Assembly: GCA_037130365.1 (NCBI GenBank) | Contig: JBAXTE010000016.1 | Location: 6,029-70,028, forward strand | Direction: 5' to 3' | DNA: 64,000 bases | From: Bacteroidota bacterium | GTDB taxonomy: Bacteria > Bacteroidota > Bacteroidia > Bacteroidales > WCHB1-69 | In this document: positions 9,403 to 17,547 of the stretch, in pieces | How the letters are laid out: every line of letters starts with the position of its first letter | Position numbering within the stretch: the stretch's first letter is position 1 | Made by a program: the position numbers and the translations under genes | The notes under the pieces: model-generated | What the model saw: only the letters and a program-made list of their open reading frames with translations | What the model was told of the DNA's origin: nothing | Databases searched by the model: none

Positions 9403-10272
9403 TTATTTTTCTTTTCTATGGGTTAGCGGCAATACACCAGCCATTTCTCCAATTACATTTACCAATTCTGATCCTGTAGGGATAACAACTTTAGCATTAT
9501 CTCTTAATGAATTTTCTACTGTTTCTAGTTTTCTTAAGAGTTGAGCATTTCCTACAAAATATTTATCAGCAGCTTCGTTTACTAATTTAATAGCTTCTGC
9601 TTCACCTTCAGCATGGAGAATTTTTGCTTGTTTATAACCTTCAGCTTCTTTAATCTTAGCACGTTTAACCCCATCAGCAGTAGTTTCGGCAGCTGTTGCA
9701 TAGTCAATTGCAGCAATTTTCTCATTTTCTGCTTTTACAACCTTATTCATAGTTTCTTGAACATCTTTAGGAGGATCAATCTCTTTTAACTCCGTACGAA
9801 CAATTACAATACCCCACGATTTAGTCTCTTCGCAAAGTGTACGATGCAATTCAGCATTGATTTTTCCACGTTCGCTATTTGCTGATTTCAAAGTAAGTGT
9901 TCCGATAATATTTCTTAAGGTAGTGCGCGCTAAGTTCACAATTTGCCAGCGATAATTATTCACATTATAAACAGAGTTTTTTACATCTTGCTCATTTTCT
10001 AAAACTCTAAAATATACTTGAGCATCAACTCGAGCATTTAAGTTGTCGTTTGTAATAATTTCCTGAGGTTCTGCATCTACCATTTGTTCAGTTACATTTA
10101 CCTCAAACATACGATCTACGAAAGGGATAATCCAATGAAAACCAGGCTCAGCGTATTTGCTATAACGACCAAAACGCTCAATAAGACCTCTGCTAGTTGG
10201 ACGAACGATTCTAATACCAACAAAGAAAAGCAATAAAAATGCTGCTATTCCAATAAAAACTAATGATTCCAT
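9403..10272 (-). CDS. SPFH/band 7 (stomatin-like) membrane protein
   Basis: N-terminal TM, LIERFGRY..PGFHWIIPFVD, QEIITNDN, EAEG repeats. Confidence 0.92.
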   Translation of the reverse strand: MESLVFIGIAAFLLLFFVGIRIVRPTSRGLIERFGRYSKYAEPGFHWIIPFVDRMFEVNVTEQMVDAEPQEIITNDNLNARVDAQVYFRVLENEQDVKNSVYNVNNYRWQIVNLARTTLRNIIGTLTLKSANSERGKINAELHRTLCEETKSWGIVIVRTELKEIDPPKDVQETMNKVVKAENEKIAAIDYATAAETTADGVKRAKIKEAEGYKQAKILHAEGEAEAIKLVNEAADKYFVGNAQLLRKLETVENSLRDNAKVVIPTGSELVNVIGEMAGVLPLTHRKEK

Positions 10273-10308
10273 GAGTGACTCCTTTTTTTAGTTAATAATT
10301 ATTTTTAT

Positions 10309-10337
10309 CAAAGGTATTATTTTTTTAATCACAACAA
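10309..10337 (-). promoter_or_regulatory. Bacteroidota sigma-A promoter for SPFH gene
   Basis: TACCTTTG (-7) at 10316-10309 with TTG about 18 nt upstream. Confidence 0.6.
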
Positions 10338-10371
10338 TAAATTTTAAAAAAAATGGGGAAAAAAAGTAAAT

Positions 10372-10945
10372 TAATTTGATAATTTGAAGATTTGAAGATT
10401 TAATAATTTGAAGATTTAAAGATTTAAAGATTTGACAATTTGAAGATTTGACAATTTGAAGATTTGACAATTTGAAGATTTAAAGATTTGACAATTTGTT
10501 CCGAAAAACTTTAAATCATTGATTTAGCTATTTTTCGGGATTGATGGGTTGATGGGTTGATGGGTTGATAAGTTGATAAGTTGATAAGTTGATGGGTTGA
10601 TAGGTTGATAGGTTGATAGGTTGATAGGTTGATCAGTTGATGGGTTGATGGGTTGATGGGTTGATGGGTCCCGAAAAATAAAAATCTTAGATTTTGTTAT
10701 TTTTCGAGGATCTTTTAACCCTAGTTTACGGGGCACGAAAAACGACGTTTCGCTTTTAGCGAACTGTTTTTCGGGATAGATGGGTTGATGGTTTGGGTCT
10801 CCCTATCAACTTATAAACTTTAAACCTATAAACAAAAAGGGTTGACGGGTTGATAGGTTGATCGGTTGATAGGTTGATGGGTTGATGGGTTGATGGGTTG
10901 GGTCTCCCTATCAACTTATAAACTTTAAACCTATAAACAAAAAAA
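10372..10945. repeat. Tandem octamer tracts (ATTTGAAG/ATTTGACA, GATGGGTT/GATAGGTT) with embedded hairpin cassettes and a 46-bp duplication
   Basis: Directly visible 8-nt periodicity; hairpins at 10499-10540, 10669-10710, 10734-10776; duplicate at 10793-10838 and 10898-10943. Confidence 0.95.
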
Positions 10946-11004
10946 TAGGTGATTAATGATTACTCAAAGTATAGCGGAATAGGGAACAATTCAAAAGCAC
11001 AAAA

Positions 11005-11727
11005 TTATATCAAACCTGAATTGGAAGCCAATTCTTCAAACTGTTTAATGGCTAATCTTTTATTAGAATCTAGCAGAAAGGAAATATTATCTTTTAAATA
11101 GCTCAATGCTTCATTTGGAGGCACTGGCAAGTTTTCCGAAAAATAATTTAAGGATTCCTCTATATGATTTACTCCAAACTTCATCATCTCATTTATTCGT
11201 TTTAAATCTACTGGCATTAACTCTTTATTGGAAACCCACACCGCAAATACAAATGGCAATTTCTGAAAATCAAACCATTCTTGCGCCAAATCGAAAGTGT
11301 AAGGGTAAGCATCTGAATAATCGGCAAACGCTTTATCTCCAATCATTACACGTGCATCGGCATCATTTACATTCGCTTCAAACGGTGTAATCTTCCAGTA
11401 ATTTGCAGCAAGAACTTTTGTCAGCATGTTCGAACTCCTAGAATCTGTATCGTAGCAAATCGACTGAATTTTATGAATTGGTTTTTTCGAAATCAGCAAA
11501 ACCGTTTTAACCGCGCCTTCAGCACCGATACAATAATCAGAAATAATATGCCAGTTTTTATGTTGCAAGAAAGAAGCTAACGGCACCAAACCAATATCAA
11601 TGAAACCATCTTCGAGTCGTGATGCAATTTCTGACGGAACATAGGTGTTTATTTCGTCATCACAAGAAGACTTAAGTCCAAATCTAAATGGAAAAGAGTT
11701 CAAATAGCTTACATTTCCAATTCTCAT
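11005..11727 (-). CDS. mqnA: Chorismate dehydratase (futalosine menaquinone pathway)
   Basis: RIGNVSYLNSFP, PSEIA, CIGAEGAVKTV, SRSS, IGDKA, LPFVFAVW motifs. Confidence 0.88.
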   Translation of the reverse strand: MRIGNVSYLNSFPFRFGLKSSCDDEINTYVPSEIASRLEDGFIDIGLVPLASFLQHKNWHIISDYCIGAEGAVKTVLLISKKPIHKIQSICYDTDSRSSNMLTKVLAANYWKITPFEANVNDADARVMIGDKAFADYSDAYPYTFDLAQEWFDFQKLPFVFAVWVSNKELMPVDLKRINEMMKFGVNHIEESLNYFSENLPVPPNEALSYLKDNISFLLDSNKRLAIKQFEELASNSGLI

Positions 11728-13202
11728 TATTTCCGATTTTTAATTAAATCTTCGTAGCGAAGAATAATTTCTTTAATATTTTCTATAGGAATATTCTTAG
11801 CAATAATTCGTTTCCTTTCATCAAACACAAATACTACAGGAGTGGCAACAAGATCGAATACCATAGTGTAATCAATATTTGCTTTTTCTCCGCCCACATT
11901 TATCCAAGTCTGATTATTATCTCGAATGTACTTTTTCCAACGATCAAGATCCTTATCTAACGAAACGGCAAAAACTTCTACTCCCAACGAATCTTTATAT
12001 TGTTGATAAAAAGCCTGAAGCTTAGGAGTTTCTACTACGCAATGCGTACAATCGGGATCCCAAAACCACATGATGGTGTATTTAGCTCCTGTTTTATAAT
12101 TCGATAATAAAACTCCCGAAGTATCTTGCATAACCAATTCTGGAATAACAGCTCCAATTAAAATTGATTTCAACTGAGCCGCTCTTTTAGAATAAATCCG
12201 AATCATATTTTCGGACATCCATGGAGCCTCTCCCGACATAAAATATTTTTCGACCAAATGCACAAAAACAGCATCATGACCAACCACTGTAGATTGTTGA
12301 TAATGATCGGTGAGCCAAGTGAGTACATATCGGGTCATTTCTTTAGAAGGCTTAGTTTTACTCAAAAACAAATCGATTTCAGCCATTATTGAATCAGGAT
12401 GTTGGTGGATTAAATCATCAAAAAACACTTTAATTTTATTCCCAAAAACAGGAGTTCGTACCATTCTCACATCTGTTATATCAATGTTATCCCAATAATG
12501 TGTTTTGTAATATTGCCATCCCCAAGTAGAATCTTTGGTACCATCGGGAAGTGTTGGTAATGGTGGCATTTCTATCTCCTGATTCATCTTTAACACTTTT
12601 GCAATGAGATCTTTAGGATGCGTAGCAATGAATAAAGAAGTGTATTTTTCTGTTTTATTAATGGCTGCCAAATAATCAACATATTTAGATTTAAACAGGG
12701 CATTATTCTGAGTTTGTTGAGCGTAATCCAAAACTTTTTCAATCTCTTTAACAGAATCTTGTCGTTGAGTTAATCCCCTTAAATACTGATAAAACAATTG
12801 CGTTTCGGGTGAATTCTTTACCACAATTGTGTTAATAATATTCATTGTATCAAGTTCTACTGAAATTCTCTGAGATTTATCCACCACAAACTCAAATAGT
12901 TGCATGTGACGCTGATTAACAACCATATATATCCCCGATTGTAAACTTGTATCTGATTTAAACACAAATTGGTTTGGAGTAGCTTTTTGAGTTGTAGTAG
13001 AATCGACTTTTACTCTTTTGTTGCCATAATAACCCACCAGATAAAACAATGTATCTTTGGGCGTCGACCTAAGTTTTACTTTTACTTGATACCCTTGAGA
13101 TATGTTTTGTTTTGGATCGCTTATCGTCTTTTTTTGAGCAAAAGCAGGAAGCACCATCACACAAATGGTGAACAATAATAAGTTTTTTACTGATTTTATC
13201 AT
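11727..13202 (-). CDS. Exported thioredoxin-like (TlpA/redoxin) protein with DUF5106-like central domain
   Basis: Signal peptide, YYKTHYWDNID, FWDPDCTHC CxxC motif. Confidence 0.8.
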   Translation of the reverse strand: MIKSVKNLLLFTICVMVLPAFAQKKTISDPKQNISQGYQVKVKLRSTPKDTLFYLVGYYGNKRVKVDSTTTQKATPNQFVFKSDTSLQSGIYMVVNQRHMQLFEFVVDKSQRISVELDTMNIINTIVVKNSPETQLFYQYLRGLTQRQDSVKEIEKVLDYAQQTQNNALFKSKYVDYLAAINKTEKYTSLFIATHPKDLIAKVLKMNQEIEMPPLPTLPDGTKDSTWGWQYYKTHYWDNIDITDVRMVRTPVFGNKIKVFFDDLIHQHPDSIMAEIDLFLSKTKPSKEMTRYVLTWLTDHYQQSTVVGHDAVFVHLVEKYFMSGEAPWMSENMIRIYSKRAAQLKSILIGAVIPELVMQDTSGVLLSNYKTGAKYTIMWFWDPDCTHCVVETPKLQAFYQQYKDSLGVEVFAVSLDKDLDRWKKYIRDNNQTWINVGGEKANIDYTMVFDLVATPVVFVFDERKRIIAKNIPIENIKEIILRYEDLIKNRK

Positions 13203-13391
13203 ATTTTATAGATTATCTGAGTCCAAAATTACTTAATCTTTTTACAATAGACCAACTCTTGATGAATATTATCTGATAAATTTATTTTTTATATATGACT
13301 ATCTGTTTTAGCCCTAACATTGATTTTGGCATAAAAACAGTCTTGCTTCGCAACAATTTTTTCGCCATAATCTTAATTTTCATACATTTAT

Positions 13392-13509
13392 ACCCAGTGC
13401 TTCACTTCGACGGGCTCAGTGACCAGCACGGGGTTAGTAATATTTGGCATAATTCGGCAAGCTTAGTTCGGCAAGCTCACCACATCGCATTACATCGCCT
13501 TCAGTGCCA
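13392..13509. repeat. Cluster of short palindromic REP-like units, nested
   Basis: ACCCAGTGCT..CTTCGACGGGCTCAGTG..AGCACGGGGT, and TTCGGCAAGCT x2 / ACATCGC x2 within TGGCA..TGCCA. Confidence 0.7.
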
Positions 13510-13582
13510 TAAAATAGCATCAATAGTATAGAAAAAGAAAAATCATAATATTTCATACTCCTTTCTGAAGGTTTATCTAACC

Positions 13583-14074
13583 TCAAATTATTTGGGCTGA
13601 TTCGATTTTAGAAATCTTCATTTTTAACTGAATCAAATAATCCACACTGTTTAAATCAAATTCAGCAGGAGCCCAGGGAGCAAAGTTTTTGTCATTATCT
13701 GGATCGTATGGACCATCTTTCAATTCAAAATAAATAGTCCCGGGTTCATGACACACTACAGAATGCCATTTTCTAGATTCAATTTCCACAATTTTGCAGT
13801 TAGAATTGTTAGATAATCTGAAAGCATGTTCAATTTCGCCCAAATCATTAAAAATCAATACCGAAAGATTACCACGAATAAGCATAAACAGTTCCCGTTT
13901 ATCCGGGTTTTCGTGTTTATGTGGACAAATGTATGTGTCTGGTTCTAATGCATTTAAAAGTCGTTGAATTGGATCTACCGATTCAGTATGTAAATTTAAA
14001 TTTTTCCGAAGTCGTTTAGATAGTTTTGCCTCTTCAGATAAAGAGTCTAGCCGTTGATTGTCAATGATTTTCAT
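13583..14074 (-). CDS. WbuC-family cupin-fold metalloprotein
   Basis: S.RLRKNLNLH, QRLLNALEP.TYI.PHKH, WHS, E.KDGPY, FAPWAP.E. Confidence 0.85.
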   Translation of the reverse strand: MKIIDNQRLDSLSEEAKLSKRLRKNLNLHTESVDPIQRLLNALEPDTYICPHKHENPDKRELFMLIRGNLSVLIFNDLGEIEHAFRLSNNSNCKIVEIESRKWHSVVCHEPGTIYFELKDGPYDPDNDKNFAPWAPAEFDLNSVDYLIQLKMKISKIESAQII

Positions 14075-14085
14075 CGAAAATAATA

Positions 14086-16038
14086 TTAAAACCCAATTAT
14101 CTTAAATTCAGTTCTTCTATTTAATGCACGTCCAGCATCAGTATCGTTAGTTGCAATTGGTTTTCCCATTCCATAACCAGCACTTGTTAACCGCTCTTTC
14201 GGTATCCCATGATCAACCAAATATTTCAACACTGCACTTGCACGATTCTGAGATAATGTAACATTATGCTCTTTACTTCCTTGATTATCGGTATGACCGC
14301 CAATTTCGATTTTTATTCGAATATTTTTCTTCAATAAATCAACCAATCGATTCAACTCCACTTGAGATTCTGTTTTTAATACAAACAAATCGGTATCGAA
14401 AAAGACATTATTTAACACCACTGTTTCTCCAATTTTGAAGGTTTTTAAAGGCACATCTTTAATAAATGGATTTGTTTTATCGTGTATTCCTGAAACGGCA
14501 AAATGTTCTGAATAAAACAGGTAATCGGGATGACTCACATTGAGAGAGAAATCTTTATTTGTGGGCAAACAAATTAGAAAATTACCTGTGGATGGATCAG
14601 ATTTAATTTTAATAAATGTTTTTCCTGTATTAAGGTCAACTAATTCTACATCAGCCTCTATCGGTTTATGGGTAACTTCGTCAAAGACATTTCCTTTGAA
14701 ATAGTTTACAATTACGGGCTTTATTTTATCATCCAATTCAAACCAATACAAGTCTAAACCGCCATAGCCACCTTCTTTAGATGAAGAGAGATAACCTTTA
14801 TCTCCAGTTGCGTTCACAACCATATTCAGTTCATCGTCGGGAGTATTTATTGGATATCCAATGTTTTTGGGTGTACCCCAATTTCCGTTTGAGTCAATTC
14901 TGCTGATAAAAAGATCCTTTCCTCCAAAGCCCCGATGCCCTGTACTTGCAAAATATAAGGTCTGATTATCGGGATGCAAAAACGGGGAAACTTCATCACC
15001 TCTGGTGTTTATAATATTTCCTAAATTCTCTGGACGACTAAAATCACCTTCATTAATCATGGTGGTTTTCCAGATATCAGAACCACCTACTGAGCCATAT
15101 CTATTGCTCACAAAATATACAGTTTTTCCATCCGAAGAAAATGTTGGTTGCGATTCCCATGCATCCGTATTTACCGGCTTACCGAAATTTCGAGGAGTTG
15201 TCCATCTATTCCCAAGACGTTTTGACCAATACAAATCACAACTTCCATATCCATCATCACGATTGCAAATTGTAAAAATCAAATATTTACCATCAGGAGA
15301 AACACATTGAGCACCCTCATTATAGGAAGAATTTATTTGCTTTATGTCATATCTGGGCGCCCAATTTCCTTTAGAATCTTTTTCGGAGCAGTAGAAATCC
15401 TCTTCGGTTAAGCAATCTCTGCAAATTGTATTTTTATCTCTAGGGCGTCGAACTGTAAAAACAAAAACATTTTCATCGGCAGTAATTGCTGGGAGATATT
15501 CATCAGATGTGGAATTTATTTCTGGTCCCATATTAATCGGGTTGTATTTCACTGGATCTTTCATCATCTCAACAGCAAAATTAGCCTCTTCGAGATAGTC
15601 TTTCACCATTTTCGCTCTCCCAGGATTTGTATTTGGCAGGTTTAGATACGTTTCAAAATGTGCTACCGCTTCTTGATATTTTTGACATTGTAACTCCTGT
15701 AAACCAGCTAAATAAAATGTTGGTGGATAATATTCTTCGTCAATTCTAAGAGCATTATAATACGAAATTAGTGCATTTTTGCAATCGCCCATATACATAT
15801 AGCAATCACCTTTTACAATCCATGCATCAATAAATTCGGGATCAACAGTGGTAGCTACATTTAAAAAAACGATTGCAACTTCAAACTTTTTTTGTTCGAC
15901 TGCTTCCACTCCCTTTTCATAATTTTTCTTTGCTTTCGACGATTTTGTTCTCAGTTTTCTTCCTGCTGGCTGTGCGAGAGAACTAATTACGATAGAAAAT
16001 ATAATACAGAGTGATATTAATTTAGCAAAATACTTCAT
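14086..16038 (-). CDS. OmpA-family protein with TPR, PD40 and carboxypeptidase-regulatory domains (PorE-like)
   Basis: TPRs, PD40 repeats (ESQPTFSSDG, SPFLHPD), OmpA_C GHTD..LSQNRA..NRRTEF. Confidence 0.88.
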   Translation of the reverse strand: MKYFAKLISLCIIFSIVISSLAQPAGRKLRTKSSKAKKNYEKGVEAVEQKKFEVAIVFLNVATTVDPEFIDAWIVKGDCYMYMGDCKNALISYYNALRIDEEYYPPTFYLAGLQELQCQKYQEAVAHFETYLNLPNTNPGRAKMVKDYLEEANFAVEMMKDPVKYNPINMGPEINSTSDEYLPAITADENVFVFTVRRPRDKNTICRDCLTEEDFYCSEKDSKGNWAPRYDIKQINSSYNEGAQCVSPDGKYLIFTICNRDDGYGSCDLYWSKRLGNRWTTPRNFGKPVNTDAWESQPTFSSDGKTVYFVSNRYGSVGGSDIWKTTMINEGDFSRPENLGNIINTRGDEVSPFLHPDNQTLYFASTGHRGFGGKDLFISRIDSNGNWGTPKNIGYPINTPDDELNMVVNATGDKGYLSSSKEGGYGGLDLYWFELDDKIKPVIVNYFKGNVFDEVTHKPIEADVELVDLNTGKTFIKIKSDPSTGNFLICLPTNKDFSLNVSHPDYLFYSEHFAVSGIHDKTNPFIKDVPLKTFKIGETVVLNNVFFDTDLFVLKTESQVELNRLVDLLKKNIRIKIEIGGHTDNQGSKEHNVTLSQNRASAVLKYLVDHGIPKERLTSAGYGMGKPIATNDTDAGRALNRRTEFKIIGF

Positions 16039-16060
16039 CTTTAAAACTTTCAGAATGTTA

Positions 16061-16684
16061 CTATGGAATTCGCATGTATTTATGACTTTGCAAGGAAATT
16101 TGCCATTTTGGATGATTTAATATATAATCAACTATTTTAGGCATCATCAGATCAATCTTACTCCATTCGGGTTGAAGATACAAGAAGCAATCTTCTCTAA
16201 CCAAAATTGCATTTTCTTCGGCCCATTCAAAATCAGAATCATCAGAAATAATCACTTTTAGCTCATGAGCTTTGATAATTTCGCTCTCTAATGGATGGCT
16301 AATTTTTTTTGGCGATATACAAATCCAATCCCACATACCCGTAATCACCTCAGAACCTGAAGTTTCCAAAAATGTCTCAAACCCAATACGCTTTAAATTT
16401 GAAGTAAGATATGTTAAATTGTATAATGCTGGTTCGCCACCAGTAACTACTACTGAACGTGCAGAAAATTGTAAAGCGTTATTAATCACAATGTCAGCAC
16501 TAATTAATGGATGCAAATCCGCATTCCATGATTCTTTAACATCGCACCAATGGCAACCCACATCGCATCCGCCAACACGAATAAAATATGCTGCCTTTCC
16601 TGTATTTCGCCCCTCGCCTTGCAACGAATAAAATTCTTCCATAATTGGCAAAAGTTTGCCTTGCGATAACAATAATTCCTGCAT
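16061..16684 (-). CDS. queE: 7-carboxy-7-deazaguanine synthase
   Basis: FYSLQGEG, CDVGCHWCD, VTGGEP, ETSG, SPK, LQP, SLQSHK. Confidence 0.92.
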   Translation of the reverse strand: MQELLLSQGKLLPIMEEFYSLQGEGRNTGKAAYFIRVGGCDVGCHWCDVKESWNADLHPLISADIVINNALQFSARSVVVTGGEPALYNLTYLTSNLKRIGFETFLETSGSEVITGMWDWICISPKKISHPLESEIIKAHELKVIISDDSDFEWAEENAILVREDCFLYLQPEWSKIDLMMPKIVDYILNHPKWQISLQSHKYMRIP

Positions 16685-16942
16685 GAAAATTCTTTAAATA
16701 TGAATATTTTCTTATTAATTTAATTAAGAAAATTAACGACCAACTACCCTTAATTGGCAAAATCAAATTATTAAGCATCACAAAAGTATTAAAAAAAACT
16801 TCACCTATAAATATTGATTTCAATTAATCAATTAATAGGCAACAAAACATAAATATTTATTGTCTAAAGATAGGTTTATAAATAATAAATTATTACTTTA
16901 GCTCAAAAATATGGGTTAATTATTTTTATAAGAGGGGAAATT

Positions 16943-17536
16943 ATGAAGAAAATTGTTTTTTTATTATTAATAATTGCATATTGTGGCTATTTCAACGATG
17001 TATTTAGTCAAACGCAAAAAGATAAAAACTCAACGATTAACCAAACACATCAAATCAAAACATTTCCTGCAGATAGCATTATAACAAAGCAGTGGAAACC
17101 ATATACTGTTGCTGATTCTTTACTTTTTAATGGAATTCAACGCTATAATTTACCAAATTCTACTTTCAGTATTATACCCCCAAAAACTTTTAGACTTGAT
17201 AATAGTGGAAATCTTGTTCATGATTGGACTGGAGCTTCAATTCAAATTAAGATAATCAATACTGATTATTTAGCTTTGGTTAAAAGCACAAAAAAAGAGA
17301 CTTTTGAAAAACAAGGTTTTTCTTTCATTAATCAACAATCTATTAAAACAGATTTAGGAAAAGAAGCAACACTTTATGTTATTGGATTTAAAGCTAATAA
17401 TTACGAATACGAACGAGTTGTTTTTTTTATTGGCAACAACAATCGTACAGCTTGGGTAAGTGCAAATTATCCAGTAATTATGAAATCATTGTTATATGAA
17501 GTAATCGAACATAGTTTATTATCCATTGATTTATAG
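16943..17536 (+). CDS. Hypothetical exported protein
   Basis: 197-aa ORF with signal peptide, 11 nt upstream of the T9SS substrate. Confidence 0.7.
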   Translation: MKKIVFLLLIIAYCGYFNDVFSQTQKDKNSTINQTHQIKTFPADSIITKQWKPYTVADSLLFNGIQRYNLPNSTFSIIPPKTFRLDNSGNLVHDWTGASIQIKIINTDYLALVKSTKKETFEKQGFSFINQQSIKTDLGKEATLYVIGFKANNYEYERVVFFIGNNNRTAWVSANYPVIMKSLLYEVIEHSLLSIDL

Positions 17537-17547
17537 AACAATATACT

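Noticed and set aside
10288-10736. ORFs 10288..10470 and 10524..10736
   Set aside because: Low-complexity translations of the octamer tracts
10372-10945. Possible CRISPR array
   Set aside because: Units are 8-nt tandem repeats with no constant 25-45-nt repeat and unique spacers; no cas genes nearby
13295-13531. 78-aa ORF
   Set aside because: Runs through palindromic repeats, antisense to both flanking genes, no protein features
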